From a virus (lineage: Duplodnaviria > Caudoviricetes): a DNA stretch of 64,000 bases. The notes under the pieces are model-generated. The model saw nothing but the letters and a program-made list of their open reading frames with translations. It was not told where the DNA came from and did not search any database. Location of the stretch: positions 918 through 64,917 of IMG/VR virus record IMGVR_UViG_3300042549_000858; one strand, given 5' to 3'. Positions 37,101 to 45,933 of the stretch are shown here, in pieces (the stretch's first letter is position 1; each line of letters opens with the position of its first letter). Made by a program: the position numbers and the translations under genes.

Positions 37101-39583
37101 TTATTCTCCTTCTTTGCTCCGCGTTGAGCCGCCTGCACAGCCAGTTGTGCTCTATGCTTTGCGGCATCAAGACCTAAACGCACGCCTTCGGTTTGCTGTT
37201 GTTTCTGTAACTGATCGCGTTTAGCAGCAGATGTGGCGCTAACTTGCATAGCTGCTATTTGCATCTGTGCTTCAATGCGGGACTTCTCAATCTCCAACTG
37301 ATCAGCCTTAGCCGCAGCATCAATCTGCTGCTTCTGCTGTTTCAACTGGAACTCTTGCATCTTCAACTGCAACTCTTGCTGTTGCATCTGAACGATTGGG
37401 TCCATAGCTTTCTGCTGTGCGGATTGTTGGGCGGCTTCTTGTTTGTTCTGCTGTAACAACTGTTGTGACGCTTGCGCGGCAGCGATGGCGATTTGATCTG
37501 CCATGTCTTTTGGTACGGGTGGATGGTCCTCGTGTTTGTCTTGCATCGGTGGCAACGAGAAGCCCATTGATTTCTCAACCTGCAAACGGTACTCAAACGC
37601 GACGTGCTCGTTGATATGCGCCATCGCAGACGCCATGATCGCCTGCGCTTGTGGATTGCCCTGCATCATCATTTGAATCTTGGGGTCTTGAACCGCAGAC
37701 ATATGCACAGCGATGTGTGCTTGGTGGTTCTGCTCAAGGAACGCCTTGACCGGCTTCATAGTCAGCAGGTTCATGTTCTCTTGCACAGGGTCAATCGGCT
37801 TGACATCATCCTCAGTCGGGATGAGTTTGTTTGCGTTCTTGATGCCCAACACTTCTAACATCTGACGATGCAAGAGTGGTAAGTCATACAACTGTGGTGC
37901 AGACTGCGCAAGCTGTAGTGCAGACTGATACTGAACAATCTTCTGCGCCATCGTTGACGCGTTAGGGTCGCTCACTGGAATCACGTCTACTTTGTCGTAG
38001 TCGGACTTCTTCGCCTTGCGACTGCCATCAACTGGCTCGTAGTCATACTCATCAGGTGTGTAGTCGGCGATGATGACTTTGAGTAACTTGAACTCTTGTC
38101 TCATCGTGAAGTGCATACGCGCTTGCACAGCACCCATCACCTTGAGTGTTCTCTCAAGAATAGCCAGTGTTGTTCCCACAGGAGCTTGTGCGCTCATGTC
38201 GGACACGTTCATATCTCCACTCGATGCAAACGCACGACCTTCTTCCACGATCTGCTGGAACAGCGCAAACAAAGTTTGGCTTGGCTCTTTATAAGGCAGG
38301 GGGAGTATGTTGTCGCGGATAGAACCGCTTGGGACGTCTACGTCCCTGAACTCTCCGGGTTGAATCGGTGTGTCATCACCTTTAATCCGAAGTCCTCTTG
38401 ATTTAAGTCCTCCGGGGAGATTAGATAAAGTGCCCGCGTCAACAAGTTGGCGGATGAGCATCGTTGCTGATTTTGCATATCCACCAATGAGGTGGATGAG
38501 ACCATACCCGTAGAAACCAAAACCGGGGATGTATTGGTAGTGGACAAAGTGCTGTCGCTTGAGGTGGAGTTCATCTCCTTCATACCAATTTCTCCTTATG
38601 GCTAACACTTTACGTGTGCCCTTTTCGATGGTTACAACATAAGGCAGACCGATGCCGGTCTCCTCGCCCTTTTTGTTCTTGTGCTCAAACCCCTTGAGGT
38701 CTAAGTCAATGTGCATCTCAAGCACGCGGTAACGCTCATCATCGGTTGCGGACAGGCCAGTCTCTTCGGCTTTCTGCTTCTCAATGTCATCCAATTCAAA
38801 CGTAGGCTCACCAATATCTACATCACTGTAGAACCCCGCTTCTTGTAACTTAACAATCTCATTCTCAGTCTTACGCATCACGTGCGTTACACGCTCTGCT
38901 GTCTCAAGGTTACTCGCACCGTAGGGCACAACGATGTCTTCAGCAGGTATGAACACCGCCATCTGACGCCCCTTGCTTGGGTCGTAGTACACCTTCTTAA
39001 ATGCCGAACCAGTGATGGGCAAGTTCCACAACATTTTCTCGTGCTCTGGACGGTACTCATACATCACTTCCGTCAACTGGTAGTTCATGTCGTCGCGCAC
39101 GCGAGCGGCAGCTTCTTCAATCTCAGGTGTGTCTTTGCCGATGATGACGGTCTTCACAGGTCCCATTGCTGGGAATGTTTCTGTAATTCCTTCAGACTGG
39201 AATCTGACCACAGACTCTGTAAGCATGGGGTGGAACACCCCGCACGCGCCCTGCCAAGGTTCTGTTCTGTCTTCGTAGTTCAGACCCAGTAACTTCAAGC
39301 CATCTACATATGTCTTTATCCAATCTCTGCGGTCCATGATGTCTTTATCAAAATCCGCAACCAAATCTTCTGCCAACGACTGCAAGTCATTGTCGTCCAT
39401 GTACTCTGCTAAGTTGGCATCAAAGTCATCAGCCGTTTCTTTCTCGGGCTTGAGGTCAATCTCTAGGCCGCCCATACGAATACCAACCGATTCGGGGTCC
39501 TCAATCTCAATTTCAAAATCAGGACCCATGTCACTGATTCCTTCATCTAAACCTAAGGGGGCGGCGTATAAACTTTTTTCCAT
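37097..39583 (-). CDS. Portal protein (P22-like, long Gln-rich barrel), 828 aa
   Basis: EPW.GACGV.HP, GSAFKKVY.D, GFGFYG.GL, LRQLVDAG-like TLSN motif, Gln-rich C-terminal coiled coil; follows TerL. Confidence 0.92.
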   Translation of the reverse strand: MEKSLYAAPLGLDEGISDMGPDFEIEIEDPESVGIRMGGLEIDLKPEKETADDFDANLAEYMDDNDLQSLAEDLVADFDKDIMDRRDWIKTYVDGLKLLGLNYEDRTEPWQGACGVFHPMLTESVVRFQSEGITETFPAMGPVKTVIIGKDTPEIEEAAARVRDDMNYQLTEVMYEYRPEHEKMLWNLPITGSAFKKVYYDPSKGRQMAVFIPAEDIVVPYGASNLETAERVTHVMRKTENEIVKLQEAGFYSDVDIGEPTFELDDIEKQKAEETGLSATDDERYRVLEMHIDLDLKGFEHKNKKGEETGIGLPYVVTIEKGTRKVLAIRRNWYEGDELHLKRQHFVHYQYIPGFGFYGYGLIHLIGGYAKSATMLIRQLVDAGTLSNLPGGLKSRGLRIKGDDTPIQPGEFRDVDVPSGSIRDNILPLPYKEPSQTLFALFQQIVEEGRAFASSGDMNVSDMSAQAPVGTTLAILERTLKVMGAVQARMHFTMRQEFKLLKVIIADYTPDEYDYEPVDGSRKAKKSDYDKVDVIPVSDPNASTMAQKIVQYQSALQLAQSAPQLYDLPLLHRQMLEVLGIKNANKLIPTEDDVKPIDPVQENMNLLTMKPVKAFLEQNHQAHIAVHMSAVQDPKIQMMMQGNPQAQAIMASAMAHINEHVAFEYRLQVEKSMGFSLPPMQDKHEDHPPVPKDMADQIAIAAAQASQQLLQQNKQEAAQQSAQQKAMDPIVQMQQQELQLKMQEFQLKQQKQQIDAAAKADQLEIEKSRIEAQMQIAAMQVSATSAAKRDQLQKQQQTEGVRLGLDAAKHRAQLAVQAAQRGAKKENK

Positions 39584-39592
39584 TTTTAGTCC

Positions 39593-41158
39593 TTAAACGG
39601 TGTAGTACTTCTCACGGCGGTAGCCTTTGAAATATTTGGTGTCTTCTTGTTCATCATTAGGTAGACGCAAGTAACCCCCTGAGCGGAACCTCATCAGCGC
39701 AAGTGTCATTGAGTCAACCAAGTCATCGTGTTCCCCAGATGGAAAGGACGCAACTTCGTCCACGAGTTCTTCCGCCCATCGTGTCTGCGGTGCCCATACT
39801 TTACCCGATGCAAACAAATCTGCAACACTGTTTAGTCGGGTGATCTTGTCTTGTCCTTTTCCCGGACTGTATTCCTGCACTGGAATACCCATCGCACGGA
39901 ACTCTTGAATCAACGGCGCACCTGCCGCTTTCTTCTCAACAAGGAACGAGTCTGGACTCCATTCTTCCCATTCTTCAAGCGCCCACTTCTTCAACTCAGG
40001 GAACTCCACACGCTTCTTACCTGCGTTGAGCAAGATGATGTTAGGTAGACCTCGGTCCTCGTCGTTGTAGAACACACCCCACGTAGTACACGCGGAGTAG
40101 TCGTTGACCTTGCGCATCTCATGCGCCGTATCCCAAGACTGGATGATGAACTCACATGATGGAGGCCGGTCGTCTTCCCACCACTTCCACCACTCTCTCT
40201 TAATAATAGCGTTCGTATCCGAGGTAGGCTGCTGCTGGTACTGCGCCATCCACTTGCCTGAGGGCAATTCTTCCCGAAGCGCCTTCAATTCTTTCTCAGA
40301 CCAGAACTCAGGCCACAACGGTTTGTCGCTAGGCAGAATCGCAGGCAACTCAATCACCTTCCACTCTTCACCACCGCGCTGGGCGGCGGACTTGAGCACC
40401 TGAGCAGTCAAATCTCGTAGCGACCAACGCGTCATAACTATAACAATCGCCCCACCCGGCTGTAGACGCTGACGCGGACCTGACGTATACCACTCATACA
40501 CCTTGTCGTACACCTCTGGGTTGTACGCACCGATCGCCGCTTCCTGTTCTGAGTGCGGGTCATCTATTATTAGTACGTCCGCGCCCTTACCAGTGACCGC
40601 ACCACCCACACCAATCGCAAAATAGTCGCCGCCGTAGTTGGTATTCCACCGTCCAGCCGCTTTTGAGTCCGTTTGTAGCTCAATCTGGGGAAAAATCCGC
40701 TTATAAACCTCGGAATCCACCAAGTTACGCACTTTTCTACCGAATCCCGTGGCTAATTCCGCTGTATGGGACGTCTGAATCACCTTTTTCTGGGGAAATT
40801 TACCCAAAAACCAAGCTGGGAGCAGGTATGAGGCGAATTCTGACTTCGTATGACGGGGTGGCATGTTAATAATCAGGCGTTTTACCTCACCATTAGCCAC
40901 TTCCTCAAACGCTTGTGCCATTCTCTCGTGGTGTTTGCCATGAATAAACGCAGGCCAGACCGCATGAACGAACTCCATGAAGTCTTCTTGTGCCTTAACT
41001 CGGACCTTTCTAGTCCGCAGTTCTTCCAAAATGTCGGTGATGGCTCCCTGCTCATCTTTAGGGAACCTCTTTATTAGTGCGTGCAGTTGTACCGTAGTCA
41101 GGTTCTGGATTGCCTCAACCGCCTTCGGGTTTTGAAACAGACTATTCAGTGCTGTCAT
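39593..41158 (-). CDS. terL: Terminase large subunit
   Basis: INMPPRHTKS (Walker A variant), IIDDPH (Walker B), MTRW, SWDTA and HDDLVDS nuclease motifs. Confidence 0.95.
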   Translation of the reverse strand: MTALNSLFQNPKAVEAIQNLTTVQLHALIKRFPKDEQGAITDILEELRTRKVRVKAQEDFMEFVHAVWPAFIHGKHHERMAQAFEEVANGEVKRLIINMPPRHTKSEFASYLLPAWFLGKFPQKKVIQTSHTAELATGFGRKVRNLVDSEVYKRIFPQIELQTDSKAAGRWNTNYGGDYFAIGVGGAVTGKGADVLIIDDPHSEQEAAIGAYNPEVYDKVYEWYTSGPRQRLQPGGAIVIVMTRWSLRDLTAQVLKSAAQRGGEEWKVIELPAILPSDKPLWPEFWSEKELKALREELPSGKWMAQYQQQPTSDTNAIIKREWWKWWEDDRPPSCEFIIQSWDTAHEMRKVNDYSACTTWGVFYNDEDRGLPNIILLNAGKKRVEFPELKKWALEEWEEWSPDSFLVEKKAAGAPLIQEFRAMGIPVQEYSPGKGQDKITRLNSVADLFASGKVWAPQTRWAEELVDEVASFPSGEHDDLVDSMTLALMRFRSGGYLRLPNDEQEDTKYFKGYRREKYYTV

Positions 41159-41777
41159 TCGTTTCTTCCAACTCGCCACCCACAAACCCCAACTCGGCGT
41201 CTATATCTATTACCTGAACTGCTGGTGCCTTGGACACCACATCCATACTCGTCACATTCTTAGCTTCCACATCAATGATGTCGCCCAAGTATTGAGACAG
41301 CTTACTTGCCAACTCATTCTCAAGTTCTTCTGTGGTTCTGTGCGTGACGTTAATTTCCACGCGTTCGGCAAACGCACCCACGTCGCTCATCTTGCCCAGC
41401 ATCTCCAAGGCTTTCAGTTCAACCTTGTTGTCTCCGCAGTCGGACTTCTCTAACAGTTTGAGCTTAATGTATGACCGCACTTGCTGTGCGTTACGAATCA
41501 CGTCAATATCGTACTCATCCAGCAAAGCCTTCAACATCAGTGCTTTGCCCGGTGTATTTATATCTGCCAGTGTCGTGGTGGGGTTGTCCATGAAAACTGA
41601 GCGTGCAGTCTTCTTGTCTTCTGTAGTTACGGCAGTCTCTGCATCATCCAATCCGTTCGCCCGCAAAAACTCTACCGTATTGAAAGCGAGTTTGGCCTTC
41701 TCATGGATGCTGAGAATCTCTTCGTTCGTCATTGCGAACGGGGCAGGAACGTTTAGTTCTGGTGTAACAAGAATCAT
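41142..41777 (-). CDS. Putative terminase small subunit, 211 aa
   Basis: First gene of the late operon, overlaps TerL; LKALE.LGK..DVG.F.E..E helix-strand motif. Confidence 0.65.
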   Translation of the reverse strand: MILVTPELNVPAPFAMTNEEILSIHEKAKLAFNTVEFLRANGLDDAETAVTTEDKKTARSVFMDNPTTTLADINTPGKALMLKALLDEYDIDVIRNAQQVRSYIKLKLLEKSDCGDNKVELKALEMLGKMSDVGAFAERVEINVTHRTTEELENELASKLSQYLGDIIDVEAKNVTSMDVVSKAPAVQVIDIDAELGFVGGELEETNDSTE

Positions 41778-41870
41778 AGGAGGAAAGTTGGCACTCCGAA
41801 GTTCAGGAAATGTAACACAAAAAATATATGGGGGTATGGGAACCCAAATAAAAAAAGACCCGGGGGGTCT

Positions 41871-41907
41871 ATTGGATACTTAAAAACTGGGATTGGATAC
41901 TTAAAAA
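41871..41907. repeat. Direct repeat ATTGGATACTTAAAAA x2 (21-bp period)
   Basis: Exact 16-mers at 41871-41886 and 41892-41907, next to hairpin AGACCC-GGG-GGGTCT (41856-41870) and C/G tracts. Confidence 0.85.
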
Positions 41908-42132
41908 AGAACCCCCCTCCCCCCTATAAGATGTTTACGTGTGTCTGATCTATTGTAATTTTTGTGTAGCGACATGTATAGCTGGAGTACCTATTTCTAA
42001 AAATAGGTTATCTAATGAGCGGATTAGAGTAGTAGTAGCGCGTATGGTACCTAATCCTAAATCTGGGGGGTGGGGTCGGATATACCGCTCAAACTTTCGT
42101 ACTGTACGAAAGTGTAAATTTGTATCTATCCC

Positions 42133-42161
42133 GTGCAAGTTGTTGTTAGGTGTGATACAGT
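42133..42161 (+). promoter_or_regulatory. Possible sigma70 promoter of the first early gene
   Basis: GTGCAA-17 bp-TACAGT with extended TGn. Confidence 0.45.
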
Positions 42162-42220
42162 TCAACCATCGACTCAGGGATTGGCTCTGATTAGATACAG
42201 TCATACGAAAGGAATTCACC

Positions 42221-42748
42221 ATGACTAAATCCTCTACTCTCTCTAATGTTCAACTCGCTACAGACTGTGGCAACGCGGTAGCAGAAATGGCGGACGCGTT
42301 ACAAACGGCCGAGCAGAAGCGCGAACTGGCGAACACTAACATTCTCGCGCTACATAAGGCGAAGGTTGTTGTTGGCACTTATAAGAAGGACGGCACTGGT
42401 TGCGCCATTGCTACCGCGTTTGTTGACGGTGGCGTAGCGAAAGGTAAAACGCAAAGCACTATGCAAAAAACCTACCTACCTACATTCAAAGCGCATGTGG
42501 CAAGTGGCAAGCCCGTGACAGACTGGAATAGTCAACGCGCCAAGCAAAAGGCAAACGGTGCAAAGAAGGACGCAAAGACAACCAAGGAATTCTCTGCAAA
42601 ATTGGCAACATGCTTCCGTGACGCTGAATTTGAAGGGTTTATAAATGACCTTCAGGCGTCATTCCACAATGACGAAATTAAAACGCTACTGGAAGGCGTG
42701 AAGTCTTACCTCGAATCTGAAGGCGTAGACTTGAAGGCGAAAGCGTAA
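42221..42748 (+). CDS. Orphan early protein, 175 aa, monocistronic, bracketed by palindromes
   Basis: RBS AAAGGA, own terminator, Lys/Ala-rich; no family recognised. Confidence 0.8.
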   Translation: MTKSSTLSNVQLATDCGNAVAEMADALQTAEQKRELANTNILALHKAKVVVGTYKKDGTGCAIATAFVDGGVAKGKTQSTMQKTYLPTFKAHVASGKPVTDWNSQRAKQKANGAKKDAKTTKEFSAKLATCFRDAEFEGFINDLQASFHNDEIKTLLEGVKSYLESEGVDLKAKA

Positions 42749-42765
42749 GGTTTCGTACAGTACGA

Positions 42766-42791
42766 AAGCCCCCGAAAGGGGGCTTTTTTTT
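42766..42791 (+). terminator. Intrinsic terminator
   Basis: AAGCCCCC-GAAA-GGGGGCTT followed by a T run; abuts palindrome copy 2. Confidence 0.92.
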
Positions 42792-42815
42792 CGCCCAAAT
42801 TTATTTGGGTGTGAT

Positions 42816-43040
42816 ACCTGTATCCCCGAGGTTCCACTATGAACATGCTACAACACATTGACGCGTGCCGAAGCGACCCGTTCTGGCAGGCTCACTATTT
42901 GAGCCTGTTACTACTTACCCCTTTGAAACCTGTATCCTCGAAGTTGGCCGTACAACAACCTATGGCAAACACTCTGCAAACTTTCGTACCGTACGAAACC
43001 CTTACTCTTCCGAAACCTGTATCCTCGAAGTTGGCCGTAC
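42816..43040. repeat. Direct repeats with core ACCTGTATCCYCGARGTT x3 (29-bp exact pair)
   Basis: GAAACCTGTATCCTCGAAGTTGGCCGTAC at 42925-42953 and 43012-43040; degenerate core at 42816-42833. Confidence 0.9.
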
Positions 43041-43079
43041 GCGTTTAGTGTCAACATGGTTTAAGTTGTTGCAAGTCGT

Positions 43080-43416
43080 TATATCCTCTATTTAGTTCTG
43101 CAATATTCTGCATACGAGAATAAAACAAAAGCCTTTTAAATCAACAACTTAGCATAGCAAAATTCCCTATTATTCTATTATTCTATAAAATAAATATATA
43201 TGAAGTCTAAAAAAATAATCACACACAAGCCCTAACTTTCGTACCGTACGAATGTGTTTTCTCATGTTTTTGTGTTCCTTTGTTTTGTCTCGCTCAAATT
43301 CCCAAAATCACGGAATATTAGAATAATACACACAAAACACCTAAAAAAGCCTTACCAATCAACAACTTAACTTTATTCCACCCCCAAGAACATTGCAGAA
43401 CTATTAAGAGGATATA
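43080..43416. other. Mirror-symmetric AT-rich element with two IHF-consensus sites; candidate replication origin
   Basis: 30-bp inverted repeat 43080-43109/43387-43416 and further IR pairs share axis 43248; AATCAACAACTTA (matches WATCAANNNNTTR) at 43139 and 43357. Confidence 0.6.
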
Positions 43417-43441
43417 CCCCCCTATCCCACCTAGTAACAAC

Positions 43442-43470
43442 TTGACAAGCCCATGTAAATCCCTTATAAT
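43442..43470 (+). promoter_or_regulatory. Consensus sigma70 early promoter
   Basis: TTGACA-17 bp-TATAAT, perfect consensus. Confidence 0.93.
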
Positions 43471-43564
43471 TAAGGCTCATTCGGAATAAAAGCGTTTCGA
43501 GTGACTCGGCAACTTTCGTACGGTACGAAAGCCCGATGTGTAAGGGTCAACAGAAAGGGAAACC

Positions 43565-43903
43565 ATGCGACTCAATTTAGAACTGGTGCATACAGTCACC
43601 AACCAAGTGCTTAAACGCACGACCATCAAACTGCCCGACCGCTCATCACGCATGAGCATGGTCATACTGGCTAAGAAGTGGGCGCATCTATCAGGTGTGC
43701 CGAGTACCACGCATGTGCGTGGCGTCAACGAGTTCAAGGTAAACATACCGCAAGCAGAGCAAGCGATATACATAGAGAAAGATAGTCTTGATGAGGTATA
43801 CGCAGACAAGATGTTGCAACAAGAGAATAGGTTGTATGTTTGGTATGTGCCCGAGTATTCGTACGGTACGAAAGTAGACAGCATGAAGGGAGTATGGAAA
43901 TGA
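43565..43903 (+). CDS. Early hypothetical protein, 112 aa
   Basis: RBS AAAGGGA; first gene after the consensus promoter; contains palindrome copy 6. Confidence 0.7.
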   Translation: MRLNLELVHTVTNQVLKRTTIKLPDRSSRMSMVILAKKWAHLSGVPSTTHVRGVNEFKVNIPQAEQAIYIEKDSLDEVYADKMLQQENRLYVWYVPEYSYGTKVDSMKGVWK

Positions 43904-44142
43904 AATTAGAAATAGACATGGACGAGTTGGTGGGCTTGATGCTCGACAACAAGTTGTTCGAAGAAGTAATGTGTGAATTGCACCCTGAGTTCATGGGCAC
44001 ACTTGAAAAGAAATTGCAGTTCTTGAAGGACATTGTGAAAGCGGGACGTATGCACCCCGATGCACGGAATTACTTTAGAGATGACGAGTTAGATGCTGTA
44101 ACTTATTCCGCTATGCGCGGTATGAAAGGAGAAACGAAATGA
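43900..44142 (+). CDS. Early hypothetical protein, about 80 aa
   Basis: ATGA-coupled to both neighbours (MKLEIDMDEL...). Confidence 0.65.
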   Translation: MKLEIDMDELVGLMLDNKLFEEVMCELHPEFMGTLEKKLQFLKDIVKAGRMHPDARNYFRDDELDAVTYSAMRGMKGETK

Positions 44143-44546
44143 ATTACGACACACTGATGGAAGCGCAAATGGGTGAATGGCCTGACAGCGTAGTGCTAAC
44201 TGATATACATGTGTATGAGTTGGTGCGTAATGGAATACCTGATTGGCTAGTCGGGCACAAGTTCGAGGACTGGAGACACTATGACGCACGACACGAGATG
44301 GGTTGGTACGCCAGTATTGGTTACGAAAATTGGAAACAGTTGGAGATAGAAATGACCCGTGCAAGGTGGGCGCGTAGTGCCTTCAAGTATCGAGGAGATA
44401 CCCCACAAGGTTTCTTCTACGCATGTGGCAAGCGTGACGATGGGACATACCAACATGTTGGGTTTAGATACGGGACGCGGGACAGCGAGTACGCGTCGGG
44501 GTTCGATGGATTGCAATACACACCACAAGGAGAATCAAATGAGTAA
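44139..44546 (+). CDS. Early hypothetical protein, 135 aa
   Basis: RBS AAAGGAG; aromatic-rich; RYG...SEY.SG motif. Confidence 0.7.
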   Translation: MNYDTLMEAQMGEWPDSVVLTDIHVYELVRNGIPDWLVGHKFEDWRHYDARHEMGWYASIGYENWKQLEIEMTRARWARSAFKYRGDTPQGFFYACGKRDDGTYQHVGFRYGTRDSEYASGFDGLQYTPQGESNE

Positions 44547-44709
44547 AGTTGAAATGATTGCGCACTTAATCATGGCGTTTGTTATGTTGGTGTTATGCCA
44601 CGACAAAGATGGTTGGTTGTTTGAAGCGGGCTTGGTGTTCGCGGGTGCACTCATCGGTGCAGTTGCTTGGGTTGCCCTTAACGAAGTAGGAGTTGATGAT
44701 GCAGAATAA
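44539..44709 (+). CDS. Small two-TM membrane protein, 56 aa
   Basis: RBS AAGGAG before MSKVEM; two hydrophobic helices. Confidence 0.65.
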   Translation: MSKVEMIAHLIMAFVMLVLCHDKDGWLFEAGLVFAGALIGAVAWVALNEVGVDDAE

Positions 44710-44863
44710 ATTGGAACGCAAAGAATCTAATCGTAAGCATACACAGCACAAGATGTTGTGGGTTGGCATGTTCGTGGATAAGAAAGTACCACGGGAACAT
44801 TCGTACCGTACGAAAGCAGAAGAGCGTGACCGCTTGAAACTTGAAAGACAAGAGTGGAAGTAA
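44699..44863 (+). CDS. Small basic protein, 54 aa (not in ORF track)
   Basis: RBS AGGAG; MQNKLERKESNRKHTQHKMLWVGMFVDKKVPREHSYRTKAEERDRLKLERQEWK; contains palindrome copy 7. Confidence 0.55.
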   Translation: MQNKLERKESNRKHTQHKMLWVGMFVDKKVPREHSYRTKAEERDRLKLERQEWK

Positions 44864-44880
44864 CTAAACAGGGGAACTAT

Positions 44881-45228
44881 ATGAGTATCAAAATGATTGC
44901 AAACGGCAAGGCTAGGGAGAGGGTGGAGAACCGCCAAGCGTTCAGAGGTAGCAATGTGTGGGGTGAGTGGGGCGTGAACTCGTACGACAACAAGTTGTAT
45001 GGCGTTTATTCCTACCGATACACATGGCCTCTATTTGTGTACGACCACGCGGCAGATGTTTGGTACGAGAACGACAGCCAGTTCAGTCAGACCACAAGCC
45101 GACACCGAACCCAATGCAGACCGACAGGTGTGCCGACCGTGAAGTGTAGTGTGGACGATATGCGAGTTGTTGCCGTGACTGGTGGCATAGGTTTAATTGA
45201 AAGAGCAAACAAAGGAGAAGAAGCATGA
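44881..45228 (+). CDS. Early hypothetical protein, 115 aa
   Basis: F.GSN.WGE...YGVYSY..WPLFVYD..WYEN...S.TTSRH motif seen in phage early genes. Confidence 0.7.
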   Translation: MSIKMIANGKARERVENRQAFRGSNVWGEWGVNSYDNKLYGVYSYRYTWPLFVYDHAADVWYENDSQFSQTTSRHRTQCRPTGVPTVKCSVDDMRVVAVTGGIGLIERANKGEEA

Positions 45229-45413
45229 AGAAAAGAGATTGGATTATTTTGCGGGTGATACGGGTTGCGGTTAGGGACAACTTGTATGAATCAAGTAGGA
45301 ACGCTGATGTTGCAAGGTCAATCATGTACCTGATACGCAAGTACGGGAGTGCGCATGTGATGGATTGTCTTGGTCAACTACGAGATGAAGGGGGAAGTTA
45401 TGAGTTTCGATAA
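45225..45413 (+). CDS. Early hypothetical protein, 62 aa
   Basis: RBS AAAGGAG; ATGA coupling. Confidence 0.6.
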   Translation: MKKRDWIILRVIRVAVRDNLYESSRNADVARSIMYLIRKYGSAHVMDCLGQLRDEGGSYEFR

Positions 45414-45630
45414 CTACAGAGAGTGCACCATATGTGGTGATGAGTTCCCGACTGAGCGTTGGGCATTGGGATACCGCATGTGTTTGTTTTGCGGAGAAGA
45501 TTTTGCACGGGCAGAGCGCAAGTCGTGGACTGTGGTGCAAGAGTACGGCAAGGGTGGGTACATGTTCGTCACACAGGACTCGGCGAAACGTACCTTAAAA
45601 CAAACAAACCAAAAGATGTTGAGGGATTAA
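45400..45630 (+). CDS. Zinc-finger protein (DksA/TraR-like C4 pattern), 76 aa
   Basis: C..CG....ERW.LGY..CL.CGE. Confidence 0.65.
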   Translation: MSFDNYRECTICGDEFPTERWALGYRMCLFCGEDFARAERKSWTVVQEYGKGGYMFVTQDSAKRTLKQTNQKMLRD

Positions 45631-45632
45631 AT

Positions 45633-45827
45633 ATGAATGATACTTTTAATGGATTCGTGGGCAAGACTGTGGCACGTGTTGAGTATGTAACTACACGTAA
45701 AGATGGGTGCGACTACAAAGATGAATTGACATTGCACTTTACCGATGGGTCAACGCTTACTGTATGTGAAAGCGACCCCGACATCTATTTGAATGGGCTT
45801 GATGTATGTGCATCTATAAATGAGTAG
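45633..45827 (+). CDS. Early hypothetical protein, 64 aa
   Basis: RBS GAGGGA; VGKTV..VEY...L.FTDGS motif. Confidence 0.6.
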   Translation: MNDTFNGFVGKTVARVEYVTTRKDGCDYKDELTLHFTDGSTLTVCESDPDIYLNGLDVCASINE

Positions 45828-45834
45828 GTAGGAC

Positions 45835-45863
45835 TTGACAAGCCTATGTAAAGTTGTTATACT
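45835..45863 (+). promoter_or_regulatory. Strong sigma70 promoter
   Basis: TTGACA-17 bp-TATACT with extended TGn. Confidence 0.9.
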
Positions 45864-45933
45864 ATAGGCTTGTTAGTTAGTATTGTGTGTAAGTTAATCA
45901 AACGCGGTTTCGTACCGTACGAAAGGGAATCAA

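Noticed and set aside
42816-43040. 29-bp direct repeats as a mini CRISPR array
   Set aside because: Only two full copies, with a 58-bp gap and a longer gap to the degenerate copy. There is no cas operon; the Cas4-like gene is the usual replication-module nuclease.
41939-43095. ORFs 41939-42190, 41950-42222, 42839-43048 and 42865-43095
   Set aside because: No convincing RBS; their repeated peptides (FRTVRK, FVPYE, KPVSSKLAV) are just translations of the DNA repeats.
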